Positions 18,344-26,387 of a stretch of 32,000 nt of DNA are shown here, piece after piece. The stretch is from Candidatus Pelagibacter ubique HTCC1062. GTDB lineage: Bacteria > Pseudomonadota > Alphaproteobacteria > Pelagibacterales > Pelagibacteraceae. A program made the position numbers and the translations under genes. A model generated the notes under the pieces. It was not told the DNA's origin, ran no database searches, and saw only the letters and a program-made list of their open reading frames with translations. Positions within the stretch are counted from its first letter, which is position 1. Every line of letters begins with the position of its first letter. Location: positions 930,001 to 962,000 of the forward strand of contig NC_007205.1 in NCBI RefSeq assembly GCF_000012345.1, read 5' to 3'.

Positions 18344-18565
18344 CTAAAATATAATTTTATAAATTCCAATTAAAAATAATGGTATCTGTAACCCAAAGTT
18401 TGTTAATATGGCTTTATCTTTTGATATAAAACCAGCTATTGTCCAACCAATAACTCCAAGACCATGGAAGTAGATGTTAATAGGGTAGATATTTAAGTTA
18501 GTTAATAATATTCCAGTTAATACTAAAGCAGTGCTGATCCATTTTAGGTATTTTTTTATAAGCAT
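18344..18565 (-). CDS. Small (73 aa) three-TM membrane protein, function unknown
   Basis: Three hydrophobic segments separated by short loops (WISTALVLTGILLTNL / IYFHGLGVIGWTIAGFI / AILTNFGLQIPLFLIGIY). An SD-like AAGGAGA lies a few nt upstream of the ATG (read on the minus strand, plus-strand coordinates about 18571..18577). It fills an otherwise empty gap in a genome with almost no non-coding DNA. Confidence 0.6.
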   Translation of the reverse strand: MLIKKYLKWISTALVLTGILLTNLNIYPINIYFHGLGVIGWTIAGFISKDKAILTNFGLQIPLFLIGIYKIIF

Positions 18566-18641
18566 AGTCTCCTTTAAATGTAAGTTTTGTTAGGAATTTA
18601 TTACAATTATAGAACAAACAAAAACCTTTATTACTGGGGTA

Positions 18642-18669
18642 TTGACATAAAAAAATGTTATGTTATAAC
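18642..18669 (+). promoter_or_regulatory. Sigma-70-type promoter for the zur-like operon
   Basis: TTGACA (18642..18647), 16-nt spacer, TATAAC (18664..18669). The predicted TSS is only a few nt before the ATG at 18678, leaving no room for an SD. Confidence 0.55.
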
Positions 18670-18675
18670 ATAACA
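18656..18675. promoter_or_regulatory. Fur-family (Zur-type) operator: perfect 20-bp palindrome
   Basis: TGTTATGTTATAACATAACA equals its own reverse complement. It contains the GTTAT/ATAAC half-site core seen in described Zur boxes, overlaps the -10 element, and ends 2 nt before the ATG of a Fur-family gene. Confidence 0.7.
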
Positions 18676-18677
18676 AA

Positions 18678-19040
18678 ATGAATAATCACGACATAGTTTT
18701 TGATATAATTAAGAAATCTAAAAAGCATTTAACGGCTTATGAAATATTAGATAAATTTCAAAAATTTAAAAAGATACAGCCAATGGCTGTTTACAGATCT
18801 TTAAAAAAACTAATTGAAGAAGATAAGATACATAAATCTAATCAAAATAAGACCTATGTATTGTGTAGTCATGAGCATGTTAAGCATAATCCATCTATAG
18901 CTATTTGTAGAGATTGTGGAGACACAGAAGAGCTTAAATCAGAATTATTTGAAACAATATTTAAAAAAAACCCAATCAAAAAATATGACTTCAGTGATTT
19001 TCAGCTTGAAGTCTCAACAAAATGTAGGAGATGTAACTAA
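18678..19040 (+). CDS. zur: Fur-family metalloregulator, Zur-like
   Basis: 120 aa. An N-terminal winged-helix pattern (LTAYEILDKF...MAVYRSLKKLIEEDKIHK), an HEH motif, and two CxxC pairs (CRDCG ... CRRCN) typical of the structural Zn site in Fur/Zur proteins. The Zur versus Fur/Mur choice rests on the operator type and is not certain. Confidence 0.7.
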   Translation: MNNHDIVFDIIKKSKKHLTAYEILDKFQKFKKIQPMAVYRSLKKLIEEDKIHKSNQNKTYVLCSHEHVKHNPSIAICRDCGDTEELKSELFETIFKKNPIKKYDFSDFQLEVSTKCRRCN

Positions 19041-19438
19041 TGGAACACGCACATGAATTACCAGAATTTCTTCACTTTTTAGAAGAACTTATAGAGGAAT
19101 ATGGAATATTAAGAGGATTTGTATTTGGTTTTGTTCATACGTTAATACCATTAATTGGTTTTTATTCAGGTTGGAGCATAAACCGTTTTTTGAAATTAGT
19201 TTCTAATGGTGCAATTGCTGGAATAATTGGAATAGTTTTAGCTCATATTATAGCAGACTTTATAGCAGCATTACTTGATCCAAATTTAAAAAGTGCTGCC
19301 TTTGGAATTGTTCTTGGTGGCTTCTTACCTTTATTAGCGGTACCATTTTTAGAAAAATATGTAACGAAAAGCCAATACCATAATGTTGTTGGTGATCATG
19401 AAGATCTAAAAAAAGATTTGAAAAGCAAGCATAAATAA
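19040..19438 (+). CDS. Small (132 aa) His-rich three-TM membrane protein with intramembrane HxxxD; family not recognised
   Basis: The ATG overlaps the zur stop (TAATG at 19038..19042). The N-terminus is MEHAHELPEFLHFLEE. There are three hydrophobic segments, with AHIIAD (H69-D73, nt 19244..19258) inside the second. The C-terminal tail YHNVVGDHEDLKKDLKSKHK also carries His residues. Confidence 0.65.
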   Translation: MEHAHELPEFLHFLEELIEEYGILRGFVFGFVHTLIPLIGFYSGWSINRFLKLVSNGAIAGIIGIVLAHIIADFIAALLDPNLKSAAFGIVLGGFLPLLAVPFLEKYVTKSQYHNVVGDHEDLKKDLKSKHK

Positions 19439-19452
19439 TATTTAATATTGGG

Positions 19453-20451
19453 ATGAGTACAGTTCCCTTAACATTAAAAGAAATTTTAGAACTAGCCAAA
19501 AAAACACTATTAGCTAATGGTTGTGATGAGGAAAATGCTAATATTTTAGCAGATACTATTATGAGGGCTGAAAGAGATGGCTCAGTATCACATGGCTTGT
19601 TTAGATTACCTGCTTATGTAGCAGGCTTAAAAAGTAAAAAGATTAATGGTAAGGCTAGACCTGAATTAGAAATTGTTGCTCCAAGTATTATTAAAGTATT
19701 AGGTAATAATGCAGTTGCTCCTATGGTTTTAAACTTTGGATTACCTGCAGTTATTGATTTAGCAAAAAAAAATGGTGTAGCAATTCTTGCTATAAAAAAT
19801 TCACATCATATGGCAGCCCTTTGGCCTGAAACTGAAGCTATTGCTGAAGCAGGACTTGTTGGTATTGCTTGCACATCTTATAAGCCAGCTGTTGCACCAG
19901 CGGGTGCTACGAAACCTTTATATGGAACAAATCCAATTTCTTTTGCTTGGCCTAGACCTGGTAAAACTCCAGTTGTCTATGATATGGCAACTGCTTCAAT
20001 GGCAATGGGTGAAGTTCAGATTGCGAAAAGAGAAGGGCACAAAGTTCCCCTTGGAACGGGTTTAACTAAAGAGGGTAAAGAAACAACCGATCCTGGAGAA
20101 ATAGCTGATGGTGGAGTTATACTTCCTTTTGGAGGCTATAAAGGATCTAGTATAGCAATGATGGTTGAATTATTAGCTGGAGCATTAATAGGTGAAAATT
20201 TTAGTTTTGAAACTGCTGCTAAGGATAATAACGATGGTGGTCCTCCAAGTGGTGGTGAATTTATCATAGCAATCTCACCAGAAAAAATTTCTGGTAAAGG
20301 TTGGGATAAACACGCTGATGAATTTTTTAGTAAAATGTCAACTATGGAGGGTGTTAGGCTTCCAGGAGAAAGAAGACATAAAAATAGATTAAATAAAGGA
20401 CCAAGAAATATTAATGAAGAACTCGTTAATAAAATTAAATCTTTAAGCTAA
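19453..20451 (+). CDS. Ldh_2 family (malate/L-lactate/sulfolactate dehydrogenase-type) NAD(P)H-dependent oxidoreductase
   Basis: Pattern SHGLFRLPAYV, NSHHMAALWPE, GTNPISFAWP, DMATASMAMGEV, LPFGGYKGSSIAMMVELLAG. The substrate cannot be assigned from sequence alone. Confidence 0.8.
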   Translation: MSTVPLTLKEILELAKKTLLANGCDEENANILADTIMRAERDGSVSHGLFRLPAYVAGLKSKKINGKARPELEIVAPSIIKVLGNNAVAPMVLNFGLPAVIDLAKKNGVAILAIKNSHHMAALWPETEAIAEAGLVGIACTSYKPAVAPAGATKPLYGTNPISFAWPRPGKTPVVYDMATASMAMGEVQIAKREGHKVPLGTGLTKEGKETTDPGEIADGGVILPFGGYKGSSIAMMVELLAGALIGENFSFETAAKDNNDGGPPSGGEFIIAISPEKISGKGWDKHADEFFSKMSTMEGVRLPGERRHKNRLNKGPRNINEELVNKIKSLS

Positions 20452-21219
20452 TTCAATTTCAATAGGTGTGTGATCAGAGGGTTTCCCTTTTCCTCTTGGG
20501 TCTTTATTAATATTAACATTTTTTACTATATTTAATAAAGAATTTGATACTAAGAAGTGGTCAATTCTTAATCCATTATTTTTCTGCCAAGCACCTCTCA
20601 TATAATCCCAATAAGTATAACCTTCCTTTTCACCATGAATGTGACGGTAGGCATCATGAAAACCTAGATTAATCATTTCTCTAAATTTTTTTCTTATCTC
20701 AAGTCTGTATAAAGCGTCATCTTCAAACCCTTTAATATTATAAGCATCTTCAGCTGAGGGAAGAATATTAAAATCTCCAGCTAAGATAATATTTTCATTT
20801 TTCTTTGAAAGAGTTTTTAATTGTTTAATTAATTTATCTAACCAGTTTTTTTTATAAGTGTATTTATCAGTATCTACAGGATTACCATTTGGAGTATAAA
20901 TATTAATCAGTTGAATATTTTTTTTCTTATGCTTTAGTTCAGCTGAAATAATCCTAGATTGTTTCAATTTATCTTTAATCAAATCTATTTTAACATTTTC
21001 TAGTTTGTGTTTGGATATAATAGCAACACCATTATAACTTTTTTGTCCAAATACATGACTCTCATAATCTAATGCTGAAAAATCATCATAGGGAAAAGTC
21101 TCATCTTGTGTTTTAATTTCCTGCATCATAACAACATCTGGAGAAAATTTTTGAAGATATTCTTTAATATTTTCAATTCTTGCTCTAACAGAATTAACAT
21201 TCCAAGATGTAATAATCAT
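20443..21219 (-). CDS. xthA: Exodeoxyribonuclease III (AP endonuclease)
   Basis: MIITSWNVNSVRARI N-terminus, MQEIK, GDFNI, and a C-terminal SDHTPI. I chose the ATG at 21219 (TAATG overlap with the erpA stop) rather than the upstream TTG at 21249 given in the track. Confidence 0.93.
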   Translation of the reverse strand: MIITSWNVNSVRARIENIKEYLQKFSPDVVMMQEIKTQDETFPYDDFSALDYESHVFGQKSYNGVAIISKHKLENVKIDLIKDKLKQSRIISAELKHKKKNIQLINIYTPNGNPVDTDKYTYKKNWLDKLIKQLKTLSKKNENIILAGDFNILPSAEDAYNIKGFEDDALYRLEIRKKFREMINLGFHDAYRHIHGEKEGYTYWDYMRGAWQKNNGLRIDHFLVSNSLLNIVKNVNINKDPRGKGKPSDHTPIEIELA

Positions 21220-21536
21220 TATATAGAGAAAGAAACACCACAACCGCAAGAAGATTTACTTTGTGGGTTAGTGATCTTGAATTGATCGCCAATTAGTTCT
21301 GAAACAAAGTCCACTTCTGAACCTTTTAATAAGTCTGCTGAAGTTTTATCTATAAGAATATTTTCATGTTTTAAGTCGTCAGCTTCTAATTTTTTGTCAA
21401 AAGTAAACTCATATTGAAAACCAGAACAACCACCGCCTTTAATAGCGATTCTAAAAAAAGACCCTGGATCTTTTTGAGACAACAAATTATTAATCTGTTT
21501 TATAGCTTTATCTGTAAATTTAATTTCTTTAATCAT
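21219..21536 (-). CDS. erpA: Iron-sulfur cluster insertion protein, HesB/IscA/ErpA family
   Basis: 105 aa, GGGCSGFQY and a C-terminal CGCGVSF three-Cys signature. Confidence 0.9.
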   Translation of the reverse strand: MIKEIKFTDKAIKQINNLLSQKDPGSFFRIAIKGGGCSGFQYEFTFDKKLEADDLKHENILIDKTSADLLKGSEVDFVSELIGDQFKITNPQSKSSCGCGVSFSI

Positions 21537-21586
21537 ATAACAACACTGATAATACTAATATAATATCAATTTATTAAATTTAAAGT

Positions 21587-22702
21587 ATGAATAATTACTC
21601 AAATTTAGCTTTATCTAAAAGCAAAGGTCGTATTTTTAAAGAAGCTAATTCACTTTACAGAACTCCATTTCAAAGAGACAGAGATAGAATTATTCACAGT
21701 GCCTCATTCAGAAGGTTAAAACATAAAACACAAGTTTTTGTTAACACAGAAGGGGATCATTTTAGAACTAGAATTACCCATTCAATTGAGGTTGCGCAAA
21801 TTGCAAGATCAATAGCTAAACATTTAGGTTTAAATGATGATCTAGCTGAAACCTTAAGTTTGGCTCACGACTTAGGGCATACTCCGTTCGGTCATGCTGG
21901 AGAAGATGCTCTTAATGAATGTATGGTTAACTTTGGAGGCTTTGACCACAATCTTCAAACCTTAAGAATAGTTATGTTTCTTGAGCATAAATACCTTAAA
22001 TTTAAAGGCCTGAACTTAACATTAGAAACTTTAGATGGATTATTAAAGCACAATGGCGCAATTGATGATCTCTCCACAGTTAATAGGTTGATTGGATTAA
22101 AAAGTTTTAAGAATAAAATAAACTTTAATAACTCTGGTTCATTGGAAGCTCAAATATCAGCAATCTCGGATGACATTGCTTATAATAATCATGACATACA
22201 AGATGGAATTAGAGCCAAAATGTTTAATTTAAACGACTTGATTGAAATTAATTTTTTTAAAGATATTTATAAATCACACAAAAATAATATTAAAAACAAC
22301 AATAAAGATATTTTGATATATCAAATAATACGAGATTCAATTGATTTAATGGTTAGAGATTTAATTAAGAATACTAAAAATAATTTAAAAAATAATAAAG
22401 TCAAATCTTTAAAAGATGTTTATAACTTAGATGATCCTATAGTGTGTTTTTCAAGTAAATTTCTTAAAATTGAAAAAGAAGTTAGGTTTTTCCTAAGAAG
22501 CAAAATGTATAACAATAAAAAAGTATTATTAAAAAATAATCATGGAAAAAAGATTATTAATAAACTCTTTTATAAAATTAAGAATAAGCCCAAAAAATTT
22601 TTAAACGATGATCAATTAAAGAATGACACAAATAGAGCAATAGCTGATTTTATTTCAGGTATGACAGATAGATACGCAATCAATTTAAATAAAGGTATTT
22701 AA
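21587..22702 (+). CDS. dgt: dGTP triphosphohydrolase-like HD-domain protein
   Basis: FQRDRDRIIHSASFRRLKHKTQVF, RTRITHSIEVAQIAR, HDLGHTPFGHAGE, and a C-terminal ISGMTDRYA. Confidence 0.9.
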   Translation: MNNYSNLALSKSKGRIFKEANSLYRTPFQRDRDRIIHSASFRRLKHKTQVFVNTEGDHFRTRITHSIEVAQIARSIAKHLGLNDDLAETLSLAHDLGHTPFGHAGEDALNECMVNFGGFDHNLQTLRIVMFLEHKYLKFKGLNLTLETLDGLLKHNGAIDDLSTVNRLIGLKSFKNKINFNNSGSLEAQISAISDDIAYNNHDIQDGIRAKMFNLNDLIEINFFKDIYKSHKNNIKNNNKDILIYQIIRDSIDLMVRDLIKNTKNNLKNNKVKSLKDVYNLDDPIVCFSSKFLKIEKEVRFFLRSKMYNNKKVLLKNNHGKKIINKLFYKIKNKPKKFLNDDQLKNDTNRAIADFISGMTDRYAINLNKGI

Positions 22703-24435
22703 TGAACATTTTTGATCTCTACTTGGATAAAATAATAATCTTGATTAAAAAGCTTAATAAAGATGGTTCTTTAGAATTACCCGAATCTTTAAATGGAGTT
22801 AATGTAGACATACCACCATCAAATTTTGACTGCGATATATCAACCAATGTAGCCATGGTGCTCTCTAAGGCTAATAAAAAATCTCCAATTGATATTGCAA
22901 ATATTTTAATTGAATTAATTAAAAATGAAGATGAAAAAATAGAATCTATTTCTGCAGCAAAACCAGGATTTATTAATATTAAATTTAAGACAATATATTG
23001 GAATAATTTTATTAAAAGTATTAATCAAAATCACAAGGATTACGGTGTCAATAATAAAGAAAAAAAACAAAAATATCTTATAGAATTTGTTTCAGCTAAT
23101 CCCACTGGCCCTCTTCATGTTGGACATTGTAGAGGAGCAATATTGGGAGATGTTATTTCAAATATATTAATTTTTAACAAGCATGATGTTTCAAAAGAAT
23201 ATTATGTTAACGATTATGGTAATCAGATCTTAAATTTTACAAAATCTGTTTTTTTTAGAATTAGAGAAATACTTTTTAATGAAAAATTCCCTATTGAAAA
23301 CTCAGATTTATATCCTGGTGATTACTTAGTTGGTATTGCTAAAAATATTATAAAATCTAATAAAGTTTTAAAATTTGATAAATTTGAAAATGTTTCAAAA
23401 GAACTAACTTTATTATCGGTTTCAGAATCTTTAAAATTGATTAAAAATAATTTATCAAATCTTGGAATAGTGCACGATAGATTTACAAGTGAAACTGATA
23501 TTGTCTTAAATAATGAAGTTCAGAAAGCAATTGATAAATTAAAGGAAAAAAAGCTTGTTTATAGTGGAAAAATTAAGGCTCCCAAAGGTGAAGATGATGA
23601 AAACTGGGTAGAAAGGGAGCAACTTTTATTTAAATCAACAGATTTTGGTGACGATAAAGATAGAGCACTTCAAAAGTCTGATAAATCGTGGACTTACTTT
23701 GCTAGTGATGTTGCCTATCATGATAATAAATTAAATAGAAATTACGATACACTTATTAATATATTAGGGGCTGACCATGCTGGCTATATTAAAAGGATAA
23801 CTTCTGTCGTTGAAGCTCTATCAGGAGATAAAAAAAAATTGATTTGTAAAGTAAGTCAACTCGTCAAATTAATTAAAGATGGAAAACCTTTTAAAATGTC
23901 AAAAAGAAAAGGTGACTATATAACAGTTGAAGACTTGATAGCCGAAGTTGGTAAAGATGCCACGAGATTTATTATGCTTAATAGAAGTAGCGATGTAGAG
24001 TTAGATTTTGATTTTACAAAAGTTAAAGAAAAATCTAAAGATAACCCACTTTATTATGTCCAATACTGTTATGCTAGAATATCATCTGTCTTTAGACACG
24101 TAAATCTTAATATAGAAAATGATTTGAATATAAAAGATTACGAATTTGCATATACGGGTGATGAAATAAAGATATTAAAAAAAATAGCAGAATGGCCTAA
24201 GTGTATTGAAGCTGCAAGTCTAAGACTTGAACCCCACAGAATACCAGTTTATCTTTACGAACTATCATCAGAATTTCATTCTTATTGGAATATGGGCAAA
24301 GAGGATCAATCAAAAAGGTTTATTAACGAACAAAAGAAAATTTCAAATGATAAATTAGTTTTTTTAAAAGTTATATCTAATGTTATCAAATCTGGAATGG
24401 ATATTGTTGGAGTAGACACTCCTCAAAAAATGTAA
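22702..24435 (+). CDS. argS: Arginyl-tRNA synthetase
   Basis: SANPTGPLHVGHCRGA (HIGH region), an MSKRKG (KMSK-like) motif, and a C-terminal anticodon-binding domain ending in M. The start overlaps the dgt stop (TAATG). Confidence 0.96.
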   Translation: MNIFDLYLDKIIILIKKLNKDGSLELPESLNGVNVDIPPSNFDCDISTNVAMVLSKANKKSPIDIANILIELIKNEDEKIESISAAKPGFINIKFKTIYWNNFIKSINQNHKDYGVNNKEKKQKYLIEFVSANPTGPLHVGHCRGAILGDVISNILIFNKHDVSKEYYVNDYGNQILNFTKSVFFRIREILFNEKFPIENSDLYPGDYLVGIAKNIIKSNKVLKFDKFENVSKELTLLSVSESLKLIKNNLSNLGIVHDRFTSETDIVLNNEVQKAIDKLKEKKLVYSGKIKAPKGEDDENWVEREQLLFKSTDFGDDKDRALQKSDKSWTYFASDVAYHDNKLNRNYDTLINILGADHAGYIKRITSVVEALSGDKKKLICKVSQLVKLIKDGKPFKMSKRKGDYITVEDLIAEVGKDATRFIMLNRSSDVELDFDFTKVKEKSKDNPLYYVQYCYARISSVFRHVNLNIENDLNIKDYEFAYTGDEIKILKKIAEWPKCIEAASLRLEPHRIPVYLYELSSEFHSYWNMGKEDQSKRFINEQKKISNDKLVFLKVISNVIKSGMDIVGVDTPQKM

Positions 24436-24698
24436 TGTTAAAAGAACTTAAATATCTTTTATTTTTGATTGTTATAATTTTATTTTTTTTTCTATCTTTC
24501 AAATATTATTTTTCAAATGAAAATAAAAAAAATTCATACCGATCTTTGAAAAATATTGAGGATAAAACTGAAAATTATTCTCGCAATCTTATTATACTTA
24601 AAAGTGATACTGTTGATATTGTTGAATATGTTGAAAAAACCATAGATAAAAATAAAAAGAATTACAAGTTTTGGGAACTAATTAATAATGATGGATAA
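24435..24698 (+). CDS. Small (87 aa) N-terminally membrane-anchored hypothetical protein
   Basis: A single TM (YLLFLIVIILFFFLSF) is followed by a roughly 55-aa charged region. The start overlaps the argS stop (TAATG) and the 3' end overlaps nagZ by 11 nt. No motif was recognised. Confidence 0.5.
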   Translation: MLKELKYLLFLIVIILFFFLSFKYYFSNENKKNSYRSLKNIEDKTENYSRNLIILKSDTVDIVEYVEKTIDKNKKNYKFWELINNDG

Positions 24699-25638
24699 TC
24701 GTAAAAGTTTCATAGTTGGTTTAAAATCTACTAAATTATTGACTAGTGAAAAAAAATTTCTAATTAAACACAAGCCTTGGGGAATAATACTTTTTTCAAG
24801 AAATATTAAAAATATTGAACAATTAAAAAAATTAACAGGTCAAATTAGAAAAATATTCAATGATAAAAAATATCCTATTTTAATTGATCAAGAGGGTGGT
24901 AGAGTTAATAGATTAAAAAAATTTTTTAAAGCAGATAAGTTTACTGGAGAATTTTTTGGTAATCTTTATCTTAAAGATAAAAAAAAATTTTATATCGAAT
25001 ATAAAAAGTTTATCAATAAAACTGTCTTATTATTAAAAAATGTAGGAATTAACATAAATACTTTACCAGTCCTTGATGTTAGATCCAAAGGATCAAGTGC
25101 AATAATTGGTGACAGAGCCTTTTCAGACAATGCAAAGATTGTTTCAGAAATTGGAGATATTTGTATTAAAGAGTTTCATAATAATAAAATTGCCACTGTG
25201 ATAAAGCATATACCAGGACATGGTTTAGCAAAGGTCGATAGTCATAAAAAAACTCCTACAATCAATAAGGAATTAAGATATTTAAATAATCATGACTTTT
25301 TGGCATTCAAAAATAAAAACAGTTTATTTGCAATGACAGCACATCTTATTTATAAAAAAATTGACAAAGTTAATACCGCAACACATTCGAAGAAAATTAT
25401 AAAATTAATAAGAAATCTAATTAAATTTAGAAATATTTTGATGTCCGACGATATATCAATGAAAAGTTTAAAAGGCTCTATAGCAATTAATACAAAGAAA
25501 TCTTTTAGTGCAGGTTGTGATTTAGTTCTTCATTGTAATGGAAATTTAAAAGAAATGAATGATGTAGCCCTATATTCACCAGTTATAAGTAAGTTTATTA
25601 AAAAAAAAACATCACAATTTTATAAGATTATAAGCTAA
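24688..25638 (+). CDS. nagZ: Beta-N-acetylhexosaminidase (GH3, peptidoglycan recycling NagZ)
   Basis: IDQEGGRVNRL, GDRAFS and KHIPGHG motifs; about 316 aa. Confidence 0.9.
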   Translation: MMDNRKSFIVGLKSTKLLTSEKKFLIKHKPWGIILFSRNIKNIEQLKKLTGQIRKIFNDKKYPILIDQEGGRVNRLKKFFKADKFTGEFFGNLYLKDKKKFYIEYKKFINKTVLLLKNVGININTLPVLDVRSKGSSAIIGDRAFSDNAKIVSEIGDICIKEFHNNKIATVIKHIPGHGLAKVDSHKKTPTINKELRYLNNHDFLAFKNKNSLFAMTAHLIYKKIDKVNTATHSKKIIKLIRNLIKFRNILMSDDISMKSLKGSIAINTKKSFSAGCDLVLHCNGNLKEMNDVALYSPVISKFIKKKTSQFYKIIS

Positions 25639-25646
25639 TATTTGTC

Positions 25647-26387
25647 ATGGCCGATTCTGATTCTAAAAACTTTAATGTAGATCTTGATAATTATAACGGC
25701 CCACTTGATGTGTTATTAGATTTGGCAAAAGCTCAAAAAGTTAATCTTGAGAATATTTCTATAACATTACTGGCTGATCAATTTCACAATTATATTACTA
25801 ATGAAAAAAATCTAAATCTAGAATCTGCATCAGAATACTTGTTGATGGCTACATGGTTAACTTATCTTAAATCAAAACTTTTGTTGCCAGGAAATCCAGA
25901 AGAAGAATTTAAAGTTTTAGAAGTTGCTGAAAAATTAAAATTACAATTAAAAAAATTAGAATTGATTAGATTACTTTCTGACCAAATGTTACAAAGAAAA
26001 AGACTTGGTAGAGAAATAAGAACTAGAGGAATTAAAGGAAATATACGATCTATATATAGTACTGAATATAAACTAAATCTTTACGAACTTTTAAAATCTT
26101 ATTCCTCAATTATTATGACCAAAGATTTTCAAAGGATGAATATTCCTAAACTTCCAGTTTTTACCACTGAAGATGGCATCAAAAGAATAAAAGAATTCTT
26201 TGGTAAATTAATTGATTGGAGAAATATTAATGAACTAATACCTTCTTCATTTAAAAGTGGCTCAAAATTTAAAACAACCGGTAAAGCAGGAATTTTTGCT
26301 GGTTCCTTAGAGCTGGTTAAAGAGGGCAATCTGACTATAAAGCAAGAAAACTTATTTGATGATATTTATATTAAAGAATTAAAATGA
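25647..26387 (+). CDS. scpA: Segregation and condensation protein A
   Basis: NYNGPLDVLLDLAKAQKVNLENISITLLADQF N-terminus typical of ScpA; followed by scpB with a 4-nt ATGA overlap. Confidence 0.9.
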   Translation: MADSDSKNFNVDLDNYNGPLDVLLDLAKAQKVNLENISITLLADQFHNYITNEKNLNLESASEYLLMATWLTYLKSKLLLPGNPEEEFKVLEVAEKLKLQLKKLELIRLLSDQMLQRKRLGREIRTRGIKGNIRSIYSTEYKLNLYELLKSYSSIIMTKDFQRMNIPKLPVFTTEDGIKRIKEFFGKLIDWRNINELIPSSFKSGSKFKTTGKAGIFAGSLELVKEGNLTIKQENLFDDIYIKELK

